This document shows positions 50,796 to 64,000 of a stretch of 64,000 bases of DNA, in pieces. A model generated the notes under the pieces. That model made no database searches, was not told the DNA's origin, and worked only from the letters and a program-made list of their open reading frames with translations. The first letter of the stretch is position 1. Every line of letters begins with the position of its first letter. The stretch spans positions 77,977,929-78,041,928 of the forward strand of contig NC_057719.1 in NCBI RefSeq assembly GCF_004010195.1. The letters are read 5' to 3'. The position numbers and the translations under genes were made by a program. Origin of the DNA: Chiloscyllium plagiosum. Its lineage: Eukaryota.

Positions 50796-53110
50796 CTGAA
50801 GCATCGCCTTGCTTTTTTTTTAAACTTCATTCCCGTCGCAATATTTGATAACATATTATTAGTTTTCCCAATTATTTGCTGCACCTACACTCCAATGCTT
50901 GTGATTAATGCACTAGGACACCTAGATCCTTTTGCAAGTCAGGGCTCTGCAATCTCTCACCATTGAGATCATTTTTATTTATTCTTTCTGCCAACATTAA
51001 CAATTTCACATTTTCCCACACTGTCATTTGCCATATCCTTTCCCACTCACTTAACATCCACCAGTTTTGCTTTATCCACAGCTAATATTACGTTCTCCAA
51101 AACTCCAATAAATTTATTTAAGCATGATTTTGCCTTTACCAAACTGGGTAGACTCTGCCTGATTACCGAGTGTCCTGCTATAATTTCCTAATAATAGATT
51201 TTCACATCTTAATTAAGACCGATGTTAAGCAACTGTCTTGTAGTTTCTTGCTTTATGTCTCCCTCCCTTGTCTGATTAATCTCACATAAGGATGGTATTT
51301 TGAACTAAACACTAAACTTTGAGGTGGGAATGTGTGAGATGATCCACTATGGATCCAAGAAAGATAGGTAAGAGTATTTTCTAAATTATGAGGAAACCAT
51401 GACCTGAGAAGGAGTAGAGAGATTCAATATCACTAAAAGCTAATGTGTGGGCACAAAATAATAGGCAAGTGGAATGTTGGTGGTCTTGTGAATAGTTGTG
51501 TTACAGTTCCAGGAAACTCTATATAAGCTGTTTAACCTATGTTGTTCTGTTCAGTTCAGTTCTGGCAGCATATTTGAAGAAGGAGATATTGGAAAAGTTG
51601 CTGCATAGATTTGCTATAATGTTGCTGAGGCTAGGAGATAAATTATGAGGAATGATTGTACTAACTCAAATATTGAAGATTAGGGATGAAATAATTGATT
51701 TGAGAATTGCAGAACATGATAGCGTAGATAACAAAAAAAAAATCCGCTGCTAGAAGAACCCAAAACATGTCAGGAAAGCACCCTTTGCTCAGGCGGCAGA
51801 GAAAATCTTAAATAAAGGACCAGATTTTCACAGGAGACTCCCTTAACCTTCAAAATTGTGGGAAGTCCTGCTGACGTATTTCTGACAGATCTGATTTTTG
51901 CCTGTAGGTGAAAGGGGATGAAATGGATCATGGTTCCAATAAGAGGGAACTTAGAATTTAGTAATTTTGCTTTGATTGAGGTAAAGTAGAAAAAAAATCC
52001 ATTTAAATAGATTGGTTGACATTTCCTGAAGGACTATCATGTCCTTACGAAGTTTAGCTGAGTTTCAAAAGTTAGGATCGTTTGACAGGGATTTCTGGAT
52101 TCATGGTTTGATTGATAATTTAAAGAATTATTAAAGAATTAGCTTACTTTTGACCTGGGTTTAGTCTAAAAGGTTTTGTAGAAACATATTAATCATTTTA
52201 AATTTTAAACGATTGAGTGGGTTGTATGAATTAAAGTTTTCTTTTCCCTTCCAACTGAATATGGCTCCTGAAGTTTGTCCATGATTGGCATAAAGGTTTT
52301 AAGCGGCCATGGAAGTGAGTAGGAAGTGAGGGATGAGAGTTGGATGGCATAACCTCACGGGACAGCGTCATATAAATGAGGCAAATCTTCTAACCAGTCC
52401 CCCTCAGCATTCTCCTCTCCCCATGTAGCTGACTGTGCTCCTCATCTGGGACAAGAGACCTGACTTTTCCTACACTTGTTTCACTACTTCCAAACCCCCA
52501 CCAACCCCCGTTCCTCTTTGAGATCTGATGGTTAAGTTACTGAAATAGGGAATAGTCTGGGAATCTTCACTGTGGGTGAAAGTTACTTTCAAAATATTTT
52601 AATGATGGTGACACCAATGTTCTAGAAAGGTGAGATAATCTTGGATTAGTAGACACATACTGAAATCAAGAGTCTGTAAATTAAGTAACTTCAAAATTTT
52701 GCACACAGTGCTTTGTCCAATTTGTAACAGATTATTTTGCCTACTTTCACCTTCAGAATATGCTTAATCTATCCCATCTCAGATCATACATTGTTGAATC
52801 CATCATCCATTTGTTACTTTGAGACTTGACAAACAGTTGACCACCCAAGCTCTGCCTCCTGATAACCTTAGGTCACCCAAATGCTTGCTGCCCATGTCCT
52901 TACTTGCATAAAGTTCCATTCATACATAATCCTGAGTTTGTGAAGAAAGTCCTGAGATACTAGACCTGTTGGACAGATATGAGGGAGAAAGACTTTGAGG
53001 AGGATGGCCATAATGCAAATCAATGCAAGTGGCGTAGAGTCTTCCTGGACAGGGAGGAGCAGAATAAAAATGTCTAAGTAATAAAGACAGCAAAATTGGG
53101 GGAAGAATTT

Positions 53111-53432
53111 GGGCGGCACGGTGGCACAGTGGTTAGCACTGCTGCCTCACACGCCAGAGACCCGGGTTCAATTCCCGCTTCAGGCGACTGACTGTGTGGA
53201 GTTTGCACATTCTCCCCGTGTCTGCGTGGGTTTCCTCCGGGTGCTCCGGTTTCCTCCCACAGTCCAAAGATGTGCAGGTCAGGTGAATTGGCCATGCTAA
53301 ATTGTCCGTAGTGTTAGGTAAGGGGTAAATGTAGAGGTACGGGTGGTTTGCGCTTCGGCGGGTCGGTGTGGACTTGTTGGGCCGAAGGGCCTGTTTCCAC
53401 ACTGTAACTAATCTAATCTAATCTAATCTAAT
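53111..53432 (+). mobile_element. HE1 V-SINE, full length
   Basis: gggcggcacggtggcacagtggttagc...gggttcaattccc...(taatc)n. Confidence 0.9.
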
Positions 53433-55875
53433 GAGAATGTCAAAATGCATTTAATGGCAGGTGTAAAGCTAGTAAGTTCAGTTGTTATGGCCTAAGTTGG
53501 AAAAAGCAATGTAAGTAGTAATAGGGATGAGTTCCTGATGAAGGAACTTCAGGACTTGGTCTCTAAGCTAAAATGCAGAACTGATAATCTTTGGATTGTT
53601 GACTGAACCATGTGAAATTTGGCATTGGAGCATGTACCTGGAGAATTAATCCATGGTAAGAAGTCTAGAAATATTCATTTTCATTGGACGCTGAAATAGG
53701 AATCTTAAAAAGATGCTTAAACTGTAAAGTGAAAAGAGATCAAAGTTACGTTGTCTGTACAACATTTCTCCCCTTGCCTGCAACAAAACACAGGAGCTGG
53801 AACCAAGCATGCACTTGGAGGAACCAATCATATTTTAAAGAGCAGGTAGGCAGGTAGCCCTACCAGACCAAAGGGCTGCACTCTTGTTAGAGAGAGGTGA
53901 CTGGTGGTGAATTTTATCTGAGGGCCACCATGCCTCTAAGTGAAAAGGTTTAGAAGGAGAGCCCTTCAGGGTTAGTTATCTCAGTTGGCTGGACGGCTGG
54001 CTTGCGCTGCAACGTGATACCAATAGTGAGAGTTCAAATCCTGCACTAGCTGAGGTATCCAATCATGATAGACATTACTGAAACATACAAAAATGATCAG
54101 AGCTAGGAATAATATATTGCAGGGTATTATAGATTTAGAATATATGGAAAGTGAAAAGGGAGGTGGAGTAGCATACTGGAGTACTTACAATAATAATGTT
54201 TGAAGAAAAAAGGACATAACTATCAGTAAGACCAAAGTAGAAGCCATATGGGCAGACAAGACAGCAAATAAATGGAACTACTACATGTTGATTACAAAAC
54301 AGTGAACAGTGGAAGAGAGATCCCAGCAAGAAATAATGCAAATAAATCAAGGAATTGAGCAGAAAAAGATAGGGCAGAGTACCCAATCCCCATCACCGCA
54401 ATGTTTGCTTTGGAGTTGGAGTGGGCAGTTAATTGGATGGAAAGATTTGGGTGGCAACCTTGCCATCTTCCTGCCACTAGCCAATATAGTCCCCTGTGGG
54501 AAGGTGACTACACAGGCCTTCTCACCTATATACTAATTGAAATCTTCAAGCAGGTAGCTAATGCTTGCTTAAGAGCCTCACCTACCACCAGTAGTATGCA
54601 ACCAGCAGGAGGTGAGGGAGTCATCACATGGGAGGCCTGGAGAGAGAGGACTTTTCTGACAGACTTGCAAGATCCTAGGGTTGGTCCCTACATTCAGTGG
54701 TGCTTGATGAAGGGTTGAAGAATGGCATTGAGAAAGCAGGCTTTTGCTTTGATGCATTTCACAAGACTCAATCTCACATCATTCACCTGAATATAATATG
54801 GATGCATTTAAGGGGAAACTATAGAAGTATTTGAAAAAGTGAATAGATGACTGGTGAATTTAGATGAGCAAAGATTAAAAAAGACTTGAGTGAAGAATAT
54901 ACACCGGCAGGACTAGTTGATATGAATGATTTATTTCTGTGCCTTAAGTCCTATGTAATCCCGTGATTGCTAAGCTACATTACGGTATTGATTAATGAAT
55001 TTGGAAATTCTCATAATTTTTTAATCCCTCCATAACTTGGTCCCTCTCTAAAATTCTAATCTTGACAGTTGAACATCCCTCTCTGCTATTCTCTAATTGT
55101 GCTCTCATGAGTATCCCTGATTATAACTTTTCCACCATAGCCGTCTGCAACTTTAGCTACCTAAGCTCTATGTTCTCCATAAACATCTCTATTCTTCAGG
55201 TATCTTACCTCTTCAGGAATACTTACCTCTTTGTCCTAGCATTTGGTCATCTGCTGCAATATCTCTTGATGTGACTTGGTACCAAATGTGCTTTATAATA
55301 TATTTCAGAACTGGCTGAACATTTTTTTTACTTAAAAGTTATGTATACATGTTCGTTGCAAGTTCTATGTAAGAGTACGCTTCACTTATTTCCTTAAGAG
55401 CATTACTGATCTTTGAACAGCTGAAAGTGCAGGGTATTGTTAAGTTTCATTTTTAACAATGAGATCGTTGTGGGAAAGAAAATACATTGAATGACGAATC
55501 AAATCTCTCACTCTTCAGTAAGTTGTTACATCCCTTACAATTTGTGTACAACTTCAGGAAAAAGTGCAGCAAAAGTGAACAAATTGGAAAATCAAAATAG
55601 AAAGAGTTATTAGTTGGGAGCATTAATTGGTTACTGCCTATATTGCTCAGCCATGTTCTAGTGTCAGCTAATTTACAGAAATAAATTTGCCAAACCTCTG
55701 TCCACCACAGGATTTGTCCCACTAACCAGTTAGGTCTTGCCCCCAGCCCTTGAACACACATGTAAAACGTCGTACAGCATGGAACCAGCCTTGCAATGCT
55801 GGCACCAATAGCCACATCTATAATAGTTTCCTACTTCTTGCAGAGTCCATAAATACCCTCCTCTTCCTCATTTAT

Positions 55876-55879
<4 letters not shown>

Positions 55880-55914
<35 letters not shown>
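55880..55914. repeat. (TG)n microsatellite
   Basis: Direct reading. Confidence 0.9.
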
Positions 55915-55918
<4 letters not shown>

Positions 55919-57297
55919 TTTCCACTCCCTACCATTTCCATGCAACCTTGTAAATCTTTACTCTCTGAATCATTATCCAATTCCATTTTGAAAGCCACGA
56001 TTGAATTTTCCACCTCCACCGTCTGAGGCAGTGTATTCCAGATGCTAATCACTCACTATGTAGTAACAGTTTTCTTATTGTCTCCTCCAGTTCTTTTGTC
56101 AGTCAGTTTGAACCTTTATCTTCTGGTTCTTGATCATTCTGTCATCTATTACCCTAGCTCCATTTGTACGTACTGAATCAAAACTGCCTAGGTCTGGCCT
56201 CCACAGCAACAGATCAATGCTCTGCCAGCTCTCATTGGTGCTTTGATGTTTTTTAATCAACTATCCTTCCCTGTCTCCTTCCAGGTTATGCAAAGCAGCC
56301 TGGGTGGTCACTTCTGGAACAACCTGAGAGGGCTGGCAACTTCAAATGGAATGATCAATTTCAATCATTATTTGAGTTCAAACTTGCTTGAAATTTTTAA
56401 AGCAGATATCTGCAGGCTAAATACTTGAGTGAAATGAAAAAAATTAAATAATTTTCTTGAAAGAATATGTACAAATTGCACATGCTGCTTTATACCAAGG
56501 TGCTGGAGTTGCTAAATGACACATGGTAACAATTCATGTGGCTCAGGGTCCAAGGGAGAGAGAACATGGGTTATCTAATGTAATAGTGGAGATTGTTGTG
56601 GAAGAGGGAGCACATTTCTTTTACTCAGTGGGGGAGTCTATTCTCTACTCTCATTCTATTCCAGCTGCTCCAGCTGTAGGTATTGCTCTGCCTGACCTCA
56701 GTCCTCCTTCCATTCCTCCTGTAAACCAAGGGGGAATCCTCTTGCAAGATGTTCATGATCAAGTATCCACTTTTCTCTTGTCTATTAAGATGGATTACTG
56801 CTGCATTGACTCTTTCTAGAATAAATGTTGATAATGTGATGATAATATTTCCCTATTTGTTTTTAAATTCCTCTTTAGAAGGTGAACATCATAATTGTCA
56901 CACATCTTTCAGCAGTACTCAGTCCTCAACAGCAACTTGTTCACTTCATTTATTAAGAGAGCAAGCTACTCATGTTCTATCCACTAACATTTTGTGTAGT
57001 CTCTTCAGTGAGTGCCAGCAAGCAAGCTTTAGTGGCAACCATCCTTAATCCTCTGGGATGCTGTTAAGAGTGCATGTTCAACTTCTTAAACCAGTATGGT
57101 GTCTTGTGGTAAATTTCTCTTGCTGCTTAAGAGCTTGATTTATTTACCAAAAGGAGGCTGAAGAAACTCCTATCTGTTGAGCTTTAAGCAAATATATGCC
57201 ACTGATATTATTTTTAATGTGTGGGCACCTGCATAAAATCGTACACTTTAAGTTGCATAACAAAGGATTGCAATTGATCGTTTACTCTCTTTACCAG

Positions 57298-57460
57298 GCG
57301 TCATCACAGCGATGTTTGCGAAATTACACAGACAAAGCTGCGAGGTTCAGTTCGAGACTTGAGGTCTCCTAAGAGGTCATCAAAGTCAACAATTGAAGAA
57401 GACTTGAAGAAGCTAATTAACCTTGATAGTCCTCCTCCGGACATTGGCAAAAATGGGAAG
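57298..57460 (+). CDS. SIPA1L1: SIPA1L1 internal coding exon (163 bp, phase 2-0)
   Basis: ctctttaccag| acceptor, |gtatgc donor. [54 protein letters not shown] matches SIPA1L1 RHQSD...[17 protein letters not shown]. Confidence 0.93.
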
Positions 57461-58495
57461 GTATGCAAGTTCAAAGTGACTCTACTGTATTTGTGAAGAC
57501 CTGATCAAAACTTCCCAATCGTTGCTTTTAGTATGCTCCTTTCTAAATCATCTCCCTTTCCCTCATTTAAAATGTGCTGCCCTGCTGCTAACTTGTAATT
57601 GTATGGTAACTTAAAACAGTAGTTAACTTCATGGTAAAGCATTTCAAACATTGCTTACTTTTAAACTTGCTGTTTGTGTTAAATACTTTTAACCTGAAAA
57701 ATGCAGGTTTCCTGTGAAACTTTGGGAGTTTTGTTTATGAAGCCAAATTTTGCAAAGTCACTTACTATTTCATGTGTCATCTCATCCGATGCCTTTGAGG
57801 TTTGCTGCAAAGATTCCCTGTCTAGCAGCCTCTTACATGAACACAGTACCCAGCAACACTTGCTTGGAGCTTGTAAAATACATTTAAAGGTAATTATATG
57901 ACAAGTCTCACATCTTTCATTGACCCTAATCTCTCTGCAGGACTGTGGGGTGATGGCTGCTTTTGCAGAGTGTCCCAGTATAGTTTGTTGCCTACAGTAC
58001 TCGCATAGAGCAGAAAACATAAATGTTTTTGCCAAAAGTATTCAGCACACTTGACAGAGCCAATTACATTGAGGCAACCCTCACTGATGGAACCTATTCA
58101 TGTACATTGCAGCAAGGAATGTTTCTTCAAAAGAAAATTAGTAATTTTTCTTTTCATTGAAAGATGTTTTCCTCCAGTGCAACATGAAGCATGTTCAGAT
58201 TCAGTATTGCACAGTTGATTACAGAATAATGCTCCCACTTGTCTGCTTCAATAATGTGCCTTAAATCAAAGTAAAAAGGGCATAAATTTGAATGTTTCCA
58301 TTCCACACCAGCTTCCAATAGCTGGCTTACCTGAGCAAGATTGGTGGATACTGTGCATTTAACATTGGAACACTGTACAGTGAGTATTGACAAAGGTCCT
58401 AGTTAAGACGGTCCATGTACTCAACCCATGCAACCAACAGCTTTTGATGCCCTCAGTATGAGCTGATTTTGAAATTAGCTATCACATGTCAAAAG

Positions 58496-58688
58496 TAGAG
58501 AGTGTGGTGTTGGAAAGCACAGCAGGTCGGGTTGCAAGCGAACCCATTCCCGATGAAGGGCTTTTGACCAAAATATCAATTCTCCTGCTCCTCGGATGCT
58601 GCCTGACCTGCTGTACTTTTCCAGCACCACCCTCTCTATTCTGATCTCCAGCTTCAGCAGTCCTCACTTTCTCCTGGTTGATTTTAAC
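58496..58688 (+). mobile_element. Older PLE pLTR insertion with partial inverted arm and degenerate hammerhead
   Basis: 13-bp TSD cacatgtcaaaag at 58483-58495 and 58689-58701; core decayed to ccgatgaagggcttttgaccaaaat. Confidence 0.8.
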
Positions 58689-59315
58689 CACATGTCAAAA
58701 GACCTGTGAGTATCTCAGGTACTTGAGAGGTTTTGTTCTTTGTAAAAGGTTATACCATTGGTTTGTAGAGATTTAAAGTGGAACCATTTTACTCTACTTA
58801 TGGCTTGCCACAGTTAAAAACCTATCCTTTGCATGGATGCAGGTACAAATATCAGAAAGTTAGGTTTATCACAATAGTGAATGTTAATTATTGCAGAAAA
58901 TGTCCAAAGCTATAAATAATTAATGTAAATGAATAAGTCACAAAATTGATCATTTAAAAGCCAAGCAGCAGAGCTAATTGCTAAAAATGTTTTTTTTATT
59001 AGGTTGAGTTAGAGTGGGGTGGATAAAAAAACACAGGCACAAGTCCTGATTACTAAAGGAAGGTGATGAGCACCAGGGTTGAGTTAGAGTTGATTTGAGC
59101 TGGGCCCCCAAGGGATTTGTGTGAAAGTGAGATTGCCTTTCAGCCTGGTTTTTCTTGTTGTCCAATCTGCTTTTTCAGAAAAGTTTTGGAGGAGGTAGGA
59201 GGTGGTGAAGGGAAAGATGTGAAAATGGCTCAGACAAACCCATTCATGCACACTCATTCTGACGATCCCTCACAGACAAGGATGATTCTCTTCCACTAGC
59301 AGGGTGAGTTCATAG

Positions 59316-61678
59316 TTCATAGTTTCCAGCCCCACTCCATGTCCTAGCTCCCAGCCCTACCATGTGTCCACCATTCCCCGACATCTCCCCTCACTGAGGT
59401 CGAATGTTTAGTCCTCAGCAAAGGCCTCACCTTTATCCTTTTACACTCCCAGATTAATGAGTTCAACGTATGCTGCGATCTTGAATGTTTCTTCTGCCCC
59501 TCCGTCTCTGGGCCCACTTTTCAACCAAGACACCCACCCGCCCACCCACCCACAGAGGACCCCTTCTCCAGCCTCCAACACACCCCATTCACCTGGACAC
59601 CCCATGCCGGCCTGTTACCAGCCCTTGATCTCTTCGTTTCAAACTGCAGCTGTGACATCGACTGCCTCAACCTGTCCAACCCCCTCACCCACTCCAACTT
59701 CCCGCCCTCACAACGCGTAGCGTTCTACTCCAACCCCAACCTCACCGTCAAACCTGCAGACAAGGTGGGGGGTGGTAGTCATGTAGTGCACTGAACTCTA
59801 CACCATTGAAGCCAGGAGCCAACTCTCAGACACCGGCTCCTATTGCCCCCTTGATCACGACCTCACCTCCCACCACCAAACCATCATCTCCCACACCATC
59901 CACAACCTCTTCACCTCTGGGATCTCCCATCCACAGCGTCATTGTCCGTGAACCCCACTCTGCCCAATTCTACTCCTACCGAAGATCCACAAACCTGACT
60001 GCCCCTGTTGACCCATTGCCTCAGCCTGCGCCTGTCCCACTGAACTCCTCTCTTCCTACCTTAACACCAAACTGTCTCCCTTAGTCCAGGAACTCCCCAC
60101 CTACATTTGTGACACCACCCTCTCCCTTCACCACCTCCAAGATTTTTGTTTCCCCCACCCCCAACGTCTCATCTTCACCATGGACATCCAGTCTCTGTGC
60201 ACAACGATCTGCCATGATAAAGATCTCCAAGCCCTCCGTTTCTTCCTCTCACGCCGTCCCAACCAATAGCCTTCCACCAATACCCTCATCCGCCTGCCTG
60301 AACTGGTCCTCACCCTCAACAACTTTTCTTTCCAATCCTCCCACTTCCTCCAAACCAAAGGGGTAGCAATGGGCACGTGCATGGGACCCAGCTATGCCTG
60401 TCTGTGTGTCAGGTATATGGAACAGTCCATCTTCCACAGTTAGATCAGCACCACCCCCCATCTGTTACTTCGCTACATCGATGACTGTATCGGCGCCACC
60501 TCGTGCTCCATGAGGAGGTTGAAAAGTTCATCAATTTTACCACCTTCCACCCGACCTTAAATTTACCTGGACCATCTCAGACACCTCCCTCCCCTTCCTG
60601 TCCTTTCCATCACTGTCTCCAGCAACCAACTAACCATAGACATCTACGACAAGCCCACTGACTCCCACAGCTACCTAGACTACACCTACCCCCACACTAC
60701 CTCCTGCAAAAACACCATCACTTATTCCCAATTCCTCTGCCTCCGCCACATCAGTTCCCAGGATGACCAATTCCACCTCAAAGTCCCATACGGCCACCTC
60801 CTTCCAAGATTGGAACTTCTCTGCCCACGTGGTTCACAATGCCCTCCAGCACATCTCCACTTTATGCACCACCGCCCTTGAACCCCATCCCTCCCAACGC
60901 AACAAGGGCAGAGCTCCCCTGGTCCTCACCTTCCACCCCACCAACCTCCACATACATCACATCATCCTCCGCCACTTCCGCCACCTCCAAATGGACCCCA
61001 CCACCAAAGAGATATTTCCCTTGCCACCCCATCAGGGTTCCATAGAGACCATTCCCTCTGCGACTCCCTTGTCAGGTCCACGCCTCCACCACCCACACCC
61101 CACTCCTGGCACCTTTCCCTCTCACCGCAAGAAGTGCAAAACCTGCCCACACCACTCCCCTCACCTCCATCCAAGGCCCCAAGGGATCCTTCCACATCCC
61201 TCAGAAATTTACCTGCATCTGTACCAACGTCACCCACTGCATCTGTTGCACCCGGTGTGGTCTCCGCTACATCACGGAGATAGGACGCCTTCTTGCAGAT
61301 CGTTTCGGAGAACATCTTTGGGACACCCACACCTACCAACCCCACTGCCCCGTGGCTGAACACTTCAACTCCCCCTCTACTCCATCAAGGACATGCATGT
61401 CCTGGGCCGCCTCCATAGCCAACAGTTACCACCCAATGCCTGGAGGAAGAATACCTTATATTCTGCCTTGGGATACTGCAACCACACGCAATAAATGTGG
61501 ACTTCAATAGCTTCCTCATTTCCCCTCCCCCCGCATTATCCCAGTCCCAATCCTCTGACTTGGCACTGCCCACCTGACCTATCCATCACTTCTCCTCAGA
61601 TGCTGCCTGACCTTCTGTGCTTTCCCACCAACACACTCTGGACTCTGACCTCCAGCATCTGCAGTCCTCACTTTCTCC
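59316..61678 (+). mobile_element. Penelope-like retroelement (Neptune-like), degenerate RT + GIY-YIG endonuclease
   Basis: Across frameshifts: KPADK, PKIHKPDCP, IFTMDIQSLCT, LTLNNFSF..HFLQTKGVAMGTCMGPSYA, RYIDD, YDKPTDSHSYLDY, CKTC, CTRCGLRYITEIGRLLADRFGEHL, VAEHFN; ends in a pLTR tail. Flanks tgagttcatag / tgacttcatag. Confidence 0.9.
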
Positions 61679-61993
61679 TGACTTCATAGGTGGCTGTACA
61701 GATCTATACAGCTTCTGTAAGCTCTGTTACACTTGAGGCAGAAGGTGGTTGCAGAAAGGGATGGGTACGGCATTGATGTGGTAGTGCGCTCCTTACGCTG
61801 TTTTCGCCTGGCTTCTGGCAAGTCTTGAGGTGCTCGACATCTTCCCGAATGCTGCTCCTTCGCTTTAGATGGTCTTGGACCATTGATTGCAAGTGTCTGT
61901 GGGAATCTCTCGGTTTGCTAATGAGGCCTTGAAGGTATCACCAAAGTGCTTCCTGTGTCCGTCATGTGGATGATGTGCCCCAGTCCATCATAG

Positions 61994-62085
61994 ATTCCTG
62001 AAGAAGGGCTTATGCCCGAAACGTCGATTCTCCTGTTCCCTGGATGCTGCCTGACCTGCTGCGCTTTTCCAGCAACACATTTTCA
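61994..62085 (+). mobile_element. 92-bp solo pLTR module with hammerhead motif (61998-62025)
   Basis: 17-bp TSD gccccagtccatcatag (61977-61993) / gccccagcccatcatag (62086-62102). Confidence 0.85.
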
Positions 62086-64000
62086 GCCCCAGCCCATCAT
62101 AGCCAATCAAGAGTGGTCACTCGATTCTAGTGATGTTGGCCTAGTCGAGGACGCTGTCATTGGTGTGTCTTTCTTCCCAGTGGATTCGCAGGACCTTGCA
62201 TGACAGTGTTGATGGTACTGCTCCAGTACCTTGAGGTGTCTGCTGTAGACAATCCATGTCTCCAAGCCACGTAGGAGAGTGGGAACCACCACAGCTCTAT
62301 GAGCCATGATCTTGGTGTCGGATCTGATGTTGTTGTCCTCGAACACCCTTTTCCTTTGGTGTCTGAAGGCAGCGCTAGCACACTGGAGGCAGTGCTGGAT
62401 CTCTTCATCAATAGCTGCTTTGGCTGACAGGACACTTCTGAAGTATTGGACGCGGTCAATGTTCTTTAAGGCGTCCCCGTGAATAATGATCACTCGCCCA
62501 CACACTTGAATTTGTGTGGAACTTTGAGTCATCTTGGGGAGATTCCAGAGTGTATTACAAACAATATATTACAATTAATGATGCAGTCCCAATTTGTATG
62601 TAGATTAACATGTTAGCCAATTCATATGCAGCAAAGCACCTGATGTAGTAAGTAGATGAATGTGAATATGATAGTGATGGTTGAGGAAAGAATTCTTTCC
62701 CTGTGATATTTCAATCATGCAGGGGATTTCCAATGTCCTGTCTAATCAGCTGACCTGAGAGCAGTGGAACTGAATATATAAATGTTGGTATTCACTTCTT
62801 TGCTGGATAAGTTGTCCACCCAGACATGTTTTTCTCTTTCACATGCTCCACACCCCAGCCCCCAAACTTTGGCCTGTGTTTTGTCCAAGTTGTACTTCAA
62901 AGACTTAAATGTAATCTAATCAGCCAGGTACTTGCTGTGGTTTTGGGATGTACTGTTTTTCATTAAAGCTATGATAAGTAATAAAGCACCACCCAGATAG
63001 AAAGAGAAAACTTCCCACAATACCCAAGAAAAATATTACAAATTTTCTTTGCTTTATATTTTCCTAGAACTGACACCATTAAGATAGGCCTTGTAGTCAT
63101 ACGATTTTTGCAATGAATTCTATAGAATTGATTGAATTGTTGAATGCAAGTTGTTTTTACACTACAAATACCTCCCATTTCTATACTCTTATCACTCTTT
63201 CTGTTCCCTTGAATCTGTAATCAAGCCTCTTATTAAATACATCAATTTTATTGCCTTCATTCTTGTTGAAAGAAATTCTTCCTAATATTCTGTGTTTGAT
63301 TTGTGAATGCTATCTTATATTTAAACTTACATATTTTGAAGTCAGCAACAAGTGGAAATAGTTTTTCTAAACTGTTGTGTTGAACCTCTTCATGCTTTTA
63401 AAGGCCTTCAGTATTCCAGAGGAAAGAATGCAGTCTGTCCAATTATACTTAACAATTACATTATCTCAATTATAACAAGCCAATGTAAATCTTTTCCGCC
63501 CTGACATTCTTTTTGTACTATGCCAGAACTATTCAAAATATGTGTGGTCTAATCAAGGTTCCATATATGTTGAATATTTCCTTTTTGTTTTCATATTCTA
63601 CACATCTAGAATGTGTAGCTTTTGCTTGCATTCTTTATCAATTCATCAGAGTCTTGCTGCTACTTAAGTATTTCCAGAAAAGTGATCATGGACATTGCTC
63701 TCTTCAAATCAACATTTCTCAAGATCAGTCACTAGGTTCCAAAGACTGCTTTGTTGGAATGCTGTGACATCATGAAAGGAGCTTCAGGAATTGCATTCTT
63801 TTCTCTGTGTCTGTGCCCCCACCCCCTTCTTTCTATCACAAACATGATAGCACAGAGAGAGATAAACTAGTGCAGATGGATTAAATTAAGTTCATCAATG
63901 CACTTGAAACAAATCTGATGTTATGTGAACAGGATTGATATGTAAAAGTTAGGGTCATGGGTTGAGAGAGAATTTTGGAGTGCAAATGAGAGTAATGATG

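Larger units (their letters stand above)
59255..62510 (-). mobile_element. RTE-clade (BovB-like) LINE 3' fragment split by two PLE insertions
   Basis: ORF 62107-62532 on the minus strand (IDEEIQHCLQCASAAFRHQRKRVFED..IRSDTKIMAHRAVVVPTLLRGLETW) is the RTE RT C-terminus. It continues at 61690-61993 and 59255-59315. Confidence 0.75.

Noticed and set aside
57707..57889. Open phase 0-0 segment (atgcag|...aag|gtaatt) after the last exon
   Set aside because: Purine-rich acceptor and no resemblance to SIPA1L proteins that I can recognise.
1..64000. CRISPR arrays, operons or other prokaryotic systems
   Set aside because: There are no regularly spaced repeat-spacer units, and the sequence is intron-rich eukaryotic DNA.

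Overview
This is vertebrate nuclear DNA, and the repeat content (HE1 V-SINEs, HER1/CR1 LINEs, SacSINE1-like DeuSINEs) points to a shark or other elasmobranch. The whole window lies inside one + strand gene, SIPA1L1 (SPAR, a Rap GTPase-activating protein). Seven internal coding exons from the Ser-rich region after the PDZ domain splice in frame with GT-AG sites; the gene start and end lie outside the window. The introns are mostly decayed transposable elements: CR1, L2, RTE, Penelope-like elements (PLEs), HE1 SINEs, a PIF/Harbinger relic and a solo LTR. There is also a 706-nt assembly gap. Nearly all ORFs in the supplied track are spurious or TE-derived. The most notable structures are: (i) several 90-390 bp PLE terminal-repeat insertions with long target-site duplications (TSDs), carrying minimal hammerhead-ribozyme motifs and often arranged as near-perfect fold-back palindromes; (ii) a ~190-bp inverted repeat that I cannot assign to a TE, just upstream of an exon, whose substitutions mostly preserve G-U pairing on the sense strand; (iii) a possible relic of the short SIPA1L1 'YSYRG' alternative exon. 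Family and gene assignments come from my recognition of the sequences, not from database searches. Repeat boundaries are approximate unless a TSD is given.
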